IMG/VR virus record: IMGVR_UViG_3300025608_000522
Span: 1 to 63,847 of that record
Length of the DNA: 63,847 bases
Source of the DNA: a virus
Taxonomy: Duplodnaviria > Caudoviricetes
Direction: 5' to 3' (one strand)
The position numbers were made by a program, and so were the translations under genes. This document shows, in pieces, positions 10,839-21,185 of this stretch (positions within the stretch are counted from its first letter, which is position 1; every line of letters starts with the position of its first letter). Below the pieces are notes generated by a model. The model saw nothing but the letters and a program-made list of their open reading frames with translations, searched no databases and was not told the DNA's origin.

Positions 10839-11789
10839 ATGGCCGAAATTACAGCAGCAAGATATAACACTTTACAAGCACGGGTTGCAACGATTATGAG
10901 CAAAGGTGCAGGCGATGAAGGTTATGGACAGGCAATTGAGAGTTATCAAGTAGCCCAAAGCCAAATTGTCTTAGCAGAGCACATGAACAAGCTCTTTAAT
11001 GACATCAAACGTGCAAGAGTACACCAAGATGGTGCAATTCCTTCAGAAATTGCACAAGTTTTACAAGATGTTGACTTAGTTGAAAACTCTAATACAACAA
11101 CTAAAAAAGGATTAGCTCAATTCGAAGCTCTGTCGTTAGAAGTTGTAGCTGACAGATTGTTAATAGCTGAAGGCCAAGCTGGTATTGTAAACCAAGCCGC
11201 GGCTACTAGCTTTACTGACACAAACTGGAACGGTACTATTCGACACGATGTACGTGTACAATTTGCTGAGTACACTATTACAAACGGTAACGGAAGTACA
11301 GTATCAATGAGCGCAGCAGATGCAGCTCGTGTATATTTTAATGCAGGCGGCGAAATTCTATTTACACCAGGACTTGCCGCTGATGGCACCGGAGGATCTA
11401 TTACAAGGGACTGGAGAAATTTGATTAATGCTGTAGGAACTGTGCGTTTTCGCAGATCAAATACTACAAATGCTGCATACCCAAACACTAGCGGCGGCAG
11501 CGGCGGCACAAACTTAGGATTTGTTGATATTGGAGGTAGCTTTCAAACAATTTATACTAAAAATGCAAGCTCTTACAGTGCAAACGATTATACAATTCAA
11601 GCACAGTTAACAAATAATTACACAATTGACTTTAGGATTTACTTTAATGACGACAAAGGTCCTAATCCAAATTTTGACGAAGCAGTAACTCCTAGAACTA
11701 CTAGTACTACTCGCATATATCGCCCTAATGATACTGCAAGTGTAAATGTAAATGCACCAACGTGTACAACTACTAGAGCATTAAGTTAA
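10839..11789 (+). CDS. Putative virion structural protein
   Basis: 316 aa; GYGQ and AARVYFNAGGEI motifs; Thr/Gly/Asn-rich; last gene of the structural run. Confidence 0.55.
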   Translation: MAEITAARYNTLQARVATIMSKGAGDEGYGQAIESYQVAQSQIVLAEHMNKLFNDIKRARVHQDGAIPSEIAQVLQDVDLVENSNTTTKKGLAQFEALSLEVVADRLLIAEGQAGIVNQAAATSFTDTNWNGTIRHDVRVQFAEYTITNGNGSTVSMSAADAARVYFNAGGEILFTPGLAADGTGGSITRDWRNLINAVGTVRFRRSNTTNAAYPNTSGGSGGTNLGFVDIGGSFQTIYTKNASSYSANDYTIQAQLTNNYTIDFRIYFNDDKGPNPNFDEAVTPRTTSTTRIYRPNDTASVNVNAPTCTTTRALS

Positions 11790-11808
11790 CCCAAACTTAA
11801 ACTTTTAC

Positions 11809-11837
11809 TTGACATTTGTCCTTAAATATGGTATACT
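11809..11837 (+). promoter_or_regulatory. Sigma70-type promoter TTGACA-N17-TATACT with extended -10 TG
   Basis: TTGACA 11809-11814, TATACT 11832-11837, RBS GAGG before ATG 11859. Confidence 0.8.
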
Positions 11838-11858
11838 TGTATAAAAGAGGTATACTAT

Positions 11859-12206
11859 ATGGACGAACGTCTTAAAAAAGCACTAGAAATTTCCAATCTT
11901 TCTACAGTTATTAATGATAAAAAGAGACTGCTCAAAGAACAGTTTCTTGACAAAGTTATTATCTATAAAAACGGCGGAACGTTTACTATTACTCCAGAAT
12001 TAATTAATTTTACACAAAATCTAATGGATCGAGGATTAGACTCTGCGGTATTAATCGACGACAACACACTTCCGGTTAATATTGCAGATCTTGAAGACTT
12101 TGTAGATTACTTGTACGACACTTACTTTACTGCGTCAAACAAGTACTTCCAAGACTATCAAGAACTAATTAAAAATAGATCAGTGGATAAAATTATTGAT
12201 GTCTAA
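11859..12206 (+). CDS. Hypothetical protein
   Basis: 115-aa ORF with promoter and RBS; overlaps the next start. Confidence 0.7.
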   Translation: MDERLKKALEISNLSTVINDKKRLLKEQFLDKVIIYKNGGTFTITPELINFTQNLMDRGLDSAVLIDDNTLPVNIADLEDFVDYLYDTYFTASNKYFQDYQELIKNRSVDKIIDV

Positions 12207-13017
12207 AGGTATTATTTGTTTTGCTGTAAACAACGGATCTGTAGACTATCTTAAACAAGCAAGATTTTTAGCAAAACGTGCAAAAGAATATTTAGATCTA
12301 CCCGTAACTGTTATTACTAATCAACAAGATGATAGCAGAGTGTTTGATCACGTTATTAATATTGAAGAATCTAAAAACAATAATATTAGACGCTATTATA
12401 ACGGGTCCACAGACTACGAAGTATTAAATTTCCAAAACGACTCTAGGCCGTTAGCATACGACTTATCTCCGTATGAACAAACAATTTTACTTGATACAGA
12501 TTATATAATTTGCAGCGACAAACTGTTGATGCCGTTTGATCAACCTTGCGATTTTATGCTACACGATAAAAGCATTGATCTTGCTCCGTGGAGAGGCAGT
12601 CAAGAGTTCTGGCATCTAAGCGATACTAGTATTAAGTTCTATTGGGCTACGTGTGTGTTTTTTAAAAAAACTGAAGAAAACAAAATATTCTTTGATTTAC
12701 TAAAGCACATACAAGAGAACTGGAACTATTATAATTTATTGTACGAAATTAGTCATCCAATGTATAGGAATGATTATGCATTTAGTATAGCAATTCATAT
12801 TATGAACGGTCTTCAAGAAGGCAATTGGGCAAGCGTATTTCCTAGACCAATTTATCATTCGCTTGACAAAGACTACTTGCACAAAATTGATCAAGATACA
12901 CTAATACTTTTAACACAAAAACATACAGAATTTGATCATTATACGCTAACACAGGTTAGTAACACAGATGTACATGTAATGAACAAATACAGTTTGGAGG
13001 AGCATATTGATGTCTAA
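12199..13017 (+). CDS. GT-A (GT8-like) glycosyltransferase-like protein, paralogue 1
   Basis: YDLSPYEQTILLDTD DxD motif, WATCVFF, RNDYAFSIA, terminal HVMNK; ATG at 12199. Confidence 0.6.
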   Translation: MSKGIICFAVNNGSVDYLKQARFLAKRAKEYLDLPVTVITNQQDDSRVFDHVINIEESKNNNIRRYYNGSTDYEVLNFQNDSRPLAYDLSPYEQTILLDTDYIICSDKLLMPFDQPCDFMLHDKSIDLAPWRGSQEFWHLSDTSIKFYWATCVFFKKTEENKIFFDLLKHIQENWNYYNLLYEISHPMYRNDYAFSIAIHIMNGLQEGNWASVFPRPIYHSLDKDYLHKIDQDTLILLTQKHTEFDHYTLTQVSNTDVHVMNKYSLEEHIDV

Positions 13018-13840
13018 AGGATATGTTATAGTTGCATGTGGCGAGGAATATATCAAACAAGCATACTTGTGTGCTCTAAGTATTAAAACTACACAGACAG
13101 CAGTTACTAGTGTTTCTCTTATCACAGACGAAGCTATAGATAAAAAGTATGCGCAAGTGTTTGATAACGTTATCTTTGAAGAAACTACAGACACTAGACG
13201 ATATGCAACACAGCTGAGGTCTAAGGTATATGATTTATCTCCTTACGACGAAACAATTTTACTTGATAGCGACATGTTGTTTACTTCGGACGTAAGCGAC
13301 TGGTGGGAATTGCTAGCAGACAAAGATCTGTTTTTTACTACAACAGTTAAGACCTATCGAAACGTAACAACCGACAATATCTTTTATAGAGAACTATTTA
13401 AAAAACTTGATATGCCTGAAACGTATGTTGCTATTGCATACTTTAAAAAGTCAGAGCTAGCAGGAATATTTTATTCTCTAGTAAAACTTATTACATCAAA
13501 TGAAAAACAGTATTATCAAGAAATTCTTGACACTAAAAAAGATATTACTCCTAGTTTTGATTTTACATGTTCTCTTGTAACCAAGATGCTAGATATTGAG
13601 GATCGTGTTACACGCAAGAACCTTAACGTACCAACGTTTGTGCATCTCAAAGGACAAAATCAAAATTGGGAATCAGGAACACATGATTGGATGACCAAAG
13701 TAAATAGATTTGTTGACAACGAGTTGAATGTGTTTATTGGAAACTATAAACAAACCGGTGTGCTACATTACACTCATGAGAATTTTGTGACTGACGAAAT
13801 TATTAAAACATACGAGGATTACTATGCGAAATCAAGTTGA
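13010..13840 (+). CDS. GT-A (GT8-like) glycosyltransferase-like protein, paralogue 2
   Basis: YDLSPYDETILLDSDMLF DxD motif, FVHLK, LHY; ATG at 13010. Confidence 0.65.
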   Translation: MSKGYVIVACGEEYIKQAYLCALSIKTTQTAVTSVSLITDEAIDKKYAQVFDNVIFEETTDTRRYATQLRSKVYDLSPYDETILLDSDMLFTSDVSDWWELLADKDLFFTTTVKTYRNVTTDNIFYRELFKKLDMPETYVAIAYFKKSELAGIFYSLVKLITSNEKQYYQEILDTKKDITPSFDFTCSLVTKMLDIEDRVTRKNLNVPTFVHLKGQNQNWESGTHDWMTKVNRFVDNELNVFIGNYKQTGVLHYTHENFVTDEIIKTYEDYYAKSS

Positions 13841-14348
13841 CATGACACCTCCTATGCGTGTGTACTATGACGACGAAGGAAACATAGTAAGTATCGGACC
13901 GGGTGATTCCGAAGGATATAGTTACTTTGAAACTACGTACGAAGCCGTTGCAGATCTAATGACACTCAAAGATGATCCTATGAATTATGTTGTTCGATTT
14001 GACAGCACTACGGGCAAGCACACACTAGTATCAATAAAAAACGCAGACGAAAAAGAATACAAACTAACAGAACTAGTCAAATATAACGGGTCGTTCTACT
14101 CTTTGTTGTTAAGTATCAATGAAGGAAGCAATACGGCTATATTAATCTGCGACGATGTAATAAAAAATAAACTCAACGTTAGTGAATTTGTATTTTACTT
14201 TACTAAAAAGAACAACCCCAGTGTACTATACAAAACTATTAAATTTAATGTTAACGAAACAGTAGAAGAAACAATTTTTTCTAATATGGAAAACGTTAGC
14301 ATATACACAGTTAGAAACTTAGAAAAACTTTGTTACGAGGTCAAGTAA
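13824..14348 (+). CDS. Hypothetical protein
   Basis: 174-aa ORF coupled to both neighbours. Confidence 0.65.
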   Translation: MRNQVDMTPPMRVYYDDEGNIVSIGPGDSEGYSYFETTYEAVADLMTLKDDPMNYVVRFDSTTGKHTLVSIKNADEKEYKLTELVKYNGSFYSLLLSINEGSNTAILICDDVIKNKLNVSEFVFYFTKKNNPSVLYKTIKFNVNETVEETIFSNMENVSIYTVRNLEKLCYEVK

Positions 14349-15256
14349 TGACGCAAACAGTAAAAATGATCGAATATGATGTAATCTATCTCAGCTATGA
14401 CGAGCCTAATGCTGAAGAAAATTATGCAGATCTTCTTACTAAAGTGCCTTGGGCAAAGCGTGTACACGGTGTAGAAGGATCAGATGCAGCACACAAAGCC
14501 TGTGCTGAACTAAGTGAAACTGAACACTTTATAACAGTTGACGGCGATAATAGAATATACAGTGAGTTTATTAATAACGAAATCGAAATTGATGAAAATG
14601 TAGATTTATCTAAAAGTGTTATTAGCTGGTGTGGTAAAAATAGCATTAACGGACTAACGTATGGCAATGGTGGATTAAAGTGCTGGCCTAAACAGTATGT
14701 ACTAAACATGCAGACACATGAAAATGCAGATCCTGACAATATACACGCACAGGTAGACTTTTGTTGGGATATTGATTACATTCAACAGAATGATACTTAT
14801 AGCACAGTACACAACAATAAAACTAAGCATCAAGCATGGCGAGCAGGATTTCGTGAAGGTGTTAAGCTAGCATTAGATCGAGGCGAACGTCTTCCTAAAG
14901 ACACCTTCTTAAAACAAACACACTGGCGTTGTTTGCATATGCTTTATATTTGGACTATGGTTGGCGCAGACGTATCAAATGGTGTTTGGGCTATACTAGG
15001 TGCTAGAGCCGGCCTTGCCAAAACTATGTGTACAGATTGGGACTACGTACAAGTTAGAGATTTTGAATACTTAAACAAGTTATGGAGAGATGAATTTGAA
15101 AATCTTTCCGACGAGCAAGTAAATGATTTAAGTAAACAGCTAGGTAGACAACTTATTGATGATTTAGAAATTCCAATTGACATAGACTTTTTGAATCCTA
15201 ATCAAAGTAAATTTTTTAAAGAGGTAAGTGTATTACCAGGTAGGATTGGACATTGA
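14348..15256 (+). CDS. GT-A-like glycosyltransferase/nucleotide-sugar-binding protein
   Basis: SYDEPNAEENY, VHGVEGSDAAH, TVDGDN (DxD), YGNGGLK, WRAGFREGVKL; start via TAATG overlap at 14348. Confidence 0.55.
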   Translation: MTQTVKMIEYDVIYLSYDEPNAEENYADLLTKVPWAKRVHGVEGSDAAHKACAELSETEHFITVDGDNRIYSEFINNEIEIDENVDLSKSVISWCGKNSINGLTYGNGGLKCWPKQYVLNMQTHENADPDNIHAQVDFCWDIDYIQQNDTYSTVHNNKTKHQAWRAGFREGVKLALDRGERLPKDTFLKQTHWRCLHMLYIWTMVGADVSNGVWAILGARAGLAKTMCTDWDYVQVRDFEYLNKLWRDEFENLSDEQVNDLSKQLGRQLIDDLEIPIDIDFLNPNQSKFFKEVSVLPGRIGH

Positions 15257-16662
15257 AATACAATAGAAATATAAAAGGCAACGAACTTAGAAAGATTGAC
15301 GGAAAATTTGAGTCCCGTTATCAAGTCGATGCTGAATATGTAAAAGAAAAGTTAGACAAAGTTAGTCCTAGTTTTTGTTTGGCTAAATGGTTTAATGTAA
15401 GCATACACATTCCGACTGGTAAAACACACAGTTGTTATCATCCGCCTACACATAAAATTCCTCTAAAAGAACTGGCACTAGATCCTAGTGCATTGCATAA
15501 CACTGAATATAAAAAACAGCAACGTGCAAAGATGCTCGCAGGAGAAAGACCTAGTGAATGTGACTTTTGTTGGCAGTTGGAAGATGCTGGCAAAGAACTA
15601 AGTGACCGTGCATATCGCAGTAAAGATGTCTACGATGCAGGCCTAATTGAAGAAGCATTAAAATTAGGTATTGACGGCAATGCTCGTCCGCGGTATGTAG
15701 AAGTTAATTTTAATCAAGCATGCAATTTTAAATGTGCATATTGCAGTCCCCATCTTAGTACAGAATGGATGAAGGAAATTAAAAAGCATGGCAACTATAA
15801 GCTAGCTGATAGAGAGCATAATGATGTTGAGCATCTAGAAAGAATCGATAACAGCCCTGAAAACTTATACTTACAAGCATTTTGGAAATGGCTTCCAGAA
15901 ATTTATCCTACATTACAGACGTTTCGTATGACAGGCGGTGAACCTCTAATGGATAAAAATACTTTTCGTATGTTTGACTATGTAAAAGAAAATCCCAAAG
16001 ACGATTTACATCTAAGTATTACTAGTAACTGTTGCCCTCCAAAAGGACAATGGTCTAAATTTATGGCATCTTTTAGAACAGTAACTAGCCATATTGATCA
16101 TTTCATGCTTTTTTGTAGTTTAGACAGTTGGGGAAATCAAGCAGAGTATATACGTAACGGATTACATTTTGATACATTATTAAAAAACGTAAAACAATAT
16201 CTCAGAGAAGGCCAGCGCCACAGCCTTACTTTTATAATTACATTTAATGTGTTAAGTTATACAGGAATATATGAATACATCCAAAACATATTAAAACTAC
16301 GTCAAGAGTTTAGCCATGATAGACAGATGATATGGTTTGACATTCCTCAATTAATGAGTCCTGATTATATGAATCCTAAAGTTTATCCAGAACGTGCTTC
16401 TGAATTACTTAAATGCATTGAGTTTATGGAACAAAATAAAGACGGTGAAACTGAAGAATTTAAAGGATTTAGTGATTTTGAAATTGAAAAAGTAAGACGG
16501 TTGTACAATTGGATACAAATGCCTACATCGTTTGACAAAGAATTAGCAATGAAAAACTTTTATATATTCTTTACAGAACACGACAATCGTAGAGATACAG
16601 ATTTTTTAAGTACGTTTCCTGAACTAGGCCCTTTTTGGAGAAAATGTGAGAGATTACAATGA
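15253..16662 (+). CDS. Radical SAM enzyme with N-terminal twitch/SPASM-like Cys cluster
   Basis: CNFKCAYC, TGGEPL; N-terminal C.AKW...SCYH...ECDFCW. Confidence 0.9.
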   Translation: MKYNRNIKGNELRKIDGKFESRYQVDAEYVKEKLDKVSPSFCLAKWFNVSIHIPTGKTHSCYHPPTHKIPLKELALDPSALHNTEYKKQQRAKMLAGERPSECDFCWQLEDAGKELSDRAYRSKDVYDAGLIEEALKLGIDGNARPRYVEVNFNQACNFKCAYCSPHLSTEWMKEIKKHGNYKLADREHNDVEHLERIDNSPENLYLQAFWKWLPEIYPTLQTFRMTGGEPLMDKNTFRMFDYVKENPKDDLHLSITSNCCPPKGQWSKFMASFRTVTSHIDHFMLFCSLDSWGNQAEYIRNGLHFDTLLKNVKQYLREGQRHSLTFIITFNVLSYTGIYEYIQNILKLRQEFSHDRQMIWFDIPQLMSPDYMNPKVYPERASELLKCIEFMEQNKDGETEEFKGFSDFEIEKVRRLYNWIQMPTSFDKELAMKNFYIFFTEHDNRRDTDFLSTFPELGPFWRKCERLQ

Positions 16663-18014
16663 GTGTAGATAATGTAAAGAAAACACGCGATAAGCTGAAT
16701 CAAGTAGGTCCGGGCTTTTGCACAATGAAGTGGCTGCACGAAACACTGTATCTGCACACAGGTGACAATCACAGTTGTTACCATCCACGCCCGCAACACA
16801 TTCCGCTAGAAGAAATTGCAGAAAATCCTAGTGCTTTACATAATACTAAATGGAAAAAACAGCAACGTAAAACTATGCTAGAAGGCGGCCGTCCTGATGA
16901 ATGTTACTACTGTTGGAATATTGAAGACCTTGAAGGAGATCAAATCTCTGATAGAATGGTACACAGTAGCAGTGACTTTGCAGTAGACGAGATTGATAAT
17001 TTAGCAAACACTCCGTGGGACGCTAATGTAAATCCAAAATACTTAGAAGTAAGTTTTGGCAATGGATGTAACTATCGTTGTGGTTATTGCTGTCCACAAG
17101 CTAGTACAATGTGGATGGACGAAATTAAAAAACACGGCAACTACGATTTAACCTACAATCAGTATGGTATTGACTTTTTAGACAACGGAACTTACTATGG
17201 ACCTAAAGATGACAATCCTTATGTAGAAGCATTTTGGAAATGGTGGCCAGACCTGCGCAAAGACTTGCACACATTACGTATCACAGGCGGCGAACCATTA
17301 ATGAATCCAGGAGCACTACAGTTCTTTGACTTGTTAGAAAACGAACCTGCACCGCAATTAGAAATTAGCATTAATAGTAACTTGGGTGTTACAGTTAATA
17401 AGATAGACAGAATGTACAATAGAGTGGAAAGTCTATTAAAGCAAGAAAAGATACGTAAATTTAGTTTGTTTACTAGTATTGAAGGCTGGGGCGAACAAGC
17501 TGACTACATGCGTACAGGTATGCAACATAAACACTGGGAACGTAACTTTGTAGCAGCAATTGAACGTGGGTTTAAGGTTAACATTATGTGTACCTTTAAT
17601 GTACTGTGTGTTGCTACTTTTGATAATTTTTTAAGTAAAGTAATGGAATGGCGTAAAAAGTACGGTAAGAATGCATTAGGTTTTGATACTCCATACTTAA
17701 AAGAACCTCCTCATTGGATGATCAATATACTTCCGGATAGTTTTAAATTCTACATGGATACGCATCTAAAGTATATGAATGCTAATAGCGAATGGTTTAC
17801 AGATATCGAAATAGCTAAAATGCAACGTGTAAGAGATTATATGTATCAGAATCCTGTAAACAATGATAGGATTGAAAAAGGCCGCAGAGACTTTTACAGT
17901 TTCTTTAGCGAAAATGATCGCAGACTAGGAACTGATCTTGTAAAAACTTTCCCTGAGTATGCTGAATTTTATAATGACTGCAAAAAGGTATACGACAATT
18001 GGCCAAAAAACTAA
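16659..18014 (+). CDS. Radical SAM enzyme with N-terminal twitch/SPASM-like Cys cluster
   Basis: CNYRCGYC, TGGEPL; N-terminal C.MKW...SCYH...ECYYCW; clear paralogue of the preceding gene. Confidence 0.9.
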   Translation: MSVDNVKKTRDKLNQVGPGFCTMKWLHETLYLHTGDNHSCYHPRPQHIPLEEIAENPSALHNTKWKKQQRKTMLEGGRPDECYYCWNIEDLEGDQISDRMVHSSSDFAVDEIDNLANTPWDANVNPKYLEVSFGNGCNYRCGYCCPQASTMWMDEIKKHGNYDLTYNQYGIDFLDNGTYYGPKDDNPYVEAFWKWWPDLRKDLHTLRITGGEPLMNPGALQFFDLLENEPAPQLEISINSNLGVTVNKIDRMYNRVESLLKQEKIRKFSLFTSIEGWGEQADYMRTGMQHKHWERNFVAAIERGFKVNIMCTFNVLCVATFDNFLSKVMEWRKKYGKNALGFDTPYLKEPPHWMINILPDSFKFYMDTHLKYMNANSEWFTDIEIAKMQRVRDYMYQNPVNNDRIEKGRRDFYSFFSENDRRLGTDLVKTFPEYAEFYNDCKKVYDNWPKN

Positions 18015-18029
18015 AGGAAGATACTAATA

Positions 18030-19253
18030 ATGTGGAGTGAAGGTACTGCGTGGCAAATACATTTAGAACCAAGCGACAAGTGTAATGCTGGATGTCCAAT
18101 GTGCCCTAGATATACTAATGACGGATATGAATTAGAAACTTTGTCTAAAACTGAATGGACGTTTGACGAATTTAAAAAAGCATTTCCCGTAGAATTTATC
18201 AAGAATTGGTTAGATAAAATTCTAAGTTGTGGCAATTACGGCGACCCGTGTGCATGTAGAGATTTATCTAAAATATATCAGTATGCAAGAGAAGTTAATC
18301 CTGGAATAGCATTAGCAATTAATACTAACGGAAGTCTTAGAACTACAGACTGGTGGTATAATCTAGGCGCAGTAATGCGTAAAGATCAAAACCCTGGAAA
18401 CTATTGTACATTTAGTATCGACGGTTTAGAAGATACTAATCACATTTATAGACGTAATACTAATTTTAAGAAAATTTTAGAAAACGCACAAGCATACATT
18501 GACGGCGGCGGAGTAGCACACTGGGATTTTATTGTATTTGAGCATAACGAGCATCAAATTGAAGAAGCACGTAATCTTGCAATAAAGATGGGGTTCCAAA
18601 ATTTTAATATTAAAAGAACCGGAAGATGGGCTAATTATCAAGACGGTCAAGGACATTATCCTGTTTACAACAAAGGAAAATTCGAGTACGATTTAAAACA
18701 GCCTAAAGACGAGGTATTTAAACATAATTATGAAGATGCAACTTTATTTAAAAATCAAGATAGACAATCTTTTAAGTTAGAAGATTTTAAAAATTTAGAA
18801 GGCGTACCGATTTCTGATCAGAGATTTGTTGATGGAAAATATAAACGTATTAATTTAAGAAAATTAACAGTTGATTGCCGCGCAACTCCCGGTAATAGAG
18901 TTAATCAAAACTATAATGAAATATATGTTGCTGCTAATGGATTTTTATCACCTTGCTGCTTCCTTGGTTCTGAACCTTTTATGCCTGCAGGAAATACTGA
19001 TGTAAATTATATGCATATGGTAAACTTAGATGGCGGCGTAGACGCATTTAATATAAAACAAAATAATATATATAATGTAATCGAAAAAGATTTATTTAGA
19101 AAGATGATTCCTTGGAGTTGGAAGAAAAAAGGCAATTTATCTATGCGTCCAAAAAAATGCGGAGCATGTTGCGGCGTAGAGTGGAACTGTTTAGATTACG
19201 GAGAATTAGGCGATAAAACTAATTCGTATTTGGAAGATAAGAATGAAAAATAA
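18030..19253 (+). CDS. Radical SAM enzyme with C-terminal SPASM/twitch-like domain
   Basis: CNAGCPMC, GNYGDP, TNGS, SIDG; C-terminal C...PCC...CGACC. Confidence 0.9.
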   Translation: MWSEGTAWQIHLEPSDKCNAGCPMCPRYTNDGYELETLSKTEWTFDEFKKAFPVEFIKNWLDKILSCGNYGDPCACRDLSKIYQYAREVNPGIALAINTNGSLRTTDWWYNLGAVMRKDQNPGNYCTFSIDGLEDTNHIYRRNTNFKKILENAQAYIDGGGVAHWDFIVFEHNEHQIEEARNLAIKMGFQNFNIKRTGRWANYQDGQGHYPVYNKGKFEYDLKQPKDEVFKHNYEDATLFKNQDRQSFKLEDFKNLEGVPISDQRFVDGKYKRINLRKLTVDCRATPGNRVNQNYNEIYVAANGFLSPCCFLGSEPFMPAGNTDVNYMHMVNLDGGVDAFNIKQNNIYNVIEKDLFRKMIPWSWKKKGNLSMRPKKCGACCGVEWNCLDYGELGDKTNSYLEDKNEK

Positions 19254-20412
19254 TTACTGTACATTGCCTTTTAATAGCATAAGCATCGGCACCGGAGGAA
19301 ACATACGGCCTTGTTGTAATACACATGCTCCGTTTAACAAGCACAAAATTGTAAATACTGATTACGATAGCATTATAAACACTAAAGAAATTGTTAAGTT
19401 GCGTAAACAGTTTTTAAAAAGTGAACGTCCTAGTGCATGTGAACGTTGCTGGAAAATGGAAGCAGTTGGCAATAAAAGTTTTAGGCAAATTTCTAATAAC
19501 GATGAATTCTATGGACTGCATACAAATCCTCCAAAGTCAAAAAATATAACTATAGAAGATATTAGATATATAAATTTAGAACTAGGAAATATTTGTAATC
19601 TTGCTTGTAGAATGTGTAGCCCTATGAGTAGTAGTTTAATAGCTAAACAGCTGACACAACTAGGAGAATATAATAAATCTATTGAGATTGGATTTGACAG
19701 AGAAGTTAAAAACAAGATTATTAAACTGTTCCAAGATGCAGTTAATCTTACTAGAGTTTATATGATCGGCGGCGAACCGTTATATAACGATTTTCACGAT
19801 GAAATATTAGAAGTATTACTAGACCATCCAAATAAAGAAAATATTTGTATACATTATAATACTAACTTGCAAGGAACAAAGTTTGACAAGTATGTGGAAG
19901 CATGGAAGCAATTTAAATTAATTGATATGCAAGTTAGCATCGACGGCTCGAACGAAACATATGAATATATTCGCTGGCCAGGAAAGTGGAATAAATTAGT
20001 CAAAAATTTAGAAAGAATTCTTGAGATCGATAATTTTAAAGTCGGTGCTGCAATTACAGTACAAGCATTAAATGCACACAATCTTCCAACGTTATGCGAA
20101 ACGTTATTTGAGTTAGGACCCATACCAGTATTTTTTATACCTATTACTGGTCTTAATCAACTTTATATTGCGCCTAATAGTATTATAGAAAAGGCAATTG
20201 ATGAATTAAAAAGTGTTGATGGTTATTACAAATCTTATAAACAAAATTTAATTAATATGTATACCGATGCATTACAAGATCCTAGTGAACAAGAAGTTCG
20301 TGCGTTTTTTCACCGTCAGAAAGGATACGACACTTTGAGAAATCAAAATTTGTTTGAATCTTTGCCATATATGAAAGAAGTTGCAGAAAAGTGGAATGTT
20401 GAAATATGGTAA
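19243..20412 (+). CDS. Radical SAM enzyme with N-terminal twitch-like domain
   Basis: CNLACRMC, GGEPL, SIDG; N-terminal CTLPF...RPCC...CERCW. Confidence 0.9.
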   Translation: MKNNYCTLPFNSISIGTGGNIRPCCNTHAPFNKHKIVNTDYDSIINTKEIVKLRKQFLKSERPSACERCWKMEAVGNKSFRQISNNDEFYGLHTNPPKSKNITIEDIRYINLELGNICNLACRMCSPMSSSLIAKQLTQLGEYNKSIEIGFDREVKNKIIKLFQDAVNLTRVYMIGGEPLYNDFHDEILEVLLDHPNKENICIHYNTNLQGTKFDKYVEAWKQFKLIDMQVSIDGSNETYEYIRWPGKWNKLVKNLERILEIDNFKVGAAITVQALNAHNLPTLCETLFELGPIPVFFIPITGLNQLYIAPNSIIEKAIDELKSVDGYYKSYKQNLINMYTDALQDPSEQEVRAFFHRQKGYDTLRNQNLFESLPYMKEVAEKWNVEIW

Positions 20413-21173
20413 ACAAAGTAGCTGCATATGGTTGTAGTTTTACAGAAGGGCAAGAGCTTCCTGACGAAATGTTTATTGAAAATGCCGAAAAGAAAAAGAA
20501 AAAGTTAGGCTGGCAAAAGTTTGCTAAAAAATTTAGACATATAATACATAGTGAAGAATATTTAAAAGAAGCAAAAAAATTAGCATGGCCTAAGTATGTT
20601 GCTGATGCATACGGTGTAGAATATCATAATAATGCACTAGGCGGTTCGAGTTTAGAATCTGTTTGTCAGCGACTTACTTTAGATTTAAATCGTAAAATTA
20701 TTGATAGTGATACACTAATACTTATAGGCCTGCCTAATATTACTAGATGGATGCATCCTTTAGATACTATGGAGCGTCATTTCTTAAGCAACATGCTTGA
20801 GATAAATGATAAAGAACTAGAATCTATGTCGTATGCAGTTGTAATGACAGATGCAAAATTATTACATTATTATTATTCAGGATTAGAATATTTAGAATTA
20901 TTTGCTCAAAAACACAATCTAAATATCAAAGCATACGGAGTATGGGAACATGTTCCAGACGCAATTTTAAAGTTAAAAGATCAAGTAACTATGCATCATT
21001 ATGAATATATGAACACTAGATGGAATAGTATAGAACAATGTCCAATATTTAATTGGAAAACAAAAATGTCAGATTTTTCCATGTTTCCTAATAGCACTCT
21101 AGGCGGCGGACATTTCTGTAAAAAAGTTCACAAAGATTTTGCAGATTTTGTTTACAACGATATCAAACGGTAG
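20406..21173 (+). CDS. SGNH/GDSL-like hydrolase or acyltransferase
   Basis: YGCSFTEG block I, NNALGGSS block II, terminal GGH...H. Confidence 0.55.
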   Translation: MVNKVAAYGCSFTEGQELPDEMFIENAEKKKKKLGWQKFAKKFRHIIHSEEYLKEAKKLAWPKYVADAYGVEYHNNALGGSSLESVCQRLTLDLNRKIIDSDTLILIGLPNITRWMHPLDTMERHFLSNMLEINDKELESMSYAVVMTDAKLLHYYYSGLEYLELFAQKHNLNIKAYGVWEHVPDAILKLKDQVTMHHYEYMNTRWNSIEQCPIFNWKTKMSDFSMFPNSTLGGGHFCKKVHKDFADFVYNDIKR

Positions 21174-21179
21174 TATAAT
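21151..21179 (+). promoter_or_regulatory. Sigma70-type promoter TTTACA-N17-TATAAT
   Basis: -35 at 21151-21156, -10 at 21174-21179, only 6 nt before ATG 21186. Confidence 0.6.
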
Positions 21180-21185
21180 AATACT

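Noticed and set aside
735-11509. Many 60-130-aa antisense or alternate-frame ORFs inside the structural genes (and likewise inside the AAA, VWA, dpdA and polB genes)
   Set aside because: Fully nested in well-supported genes, with no RBS or motifs; expected shadows of biased codon usage
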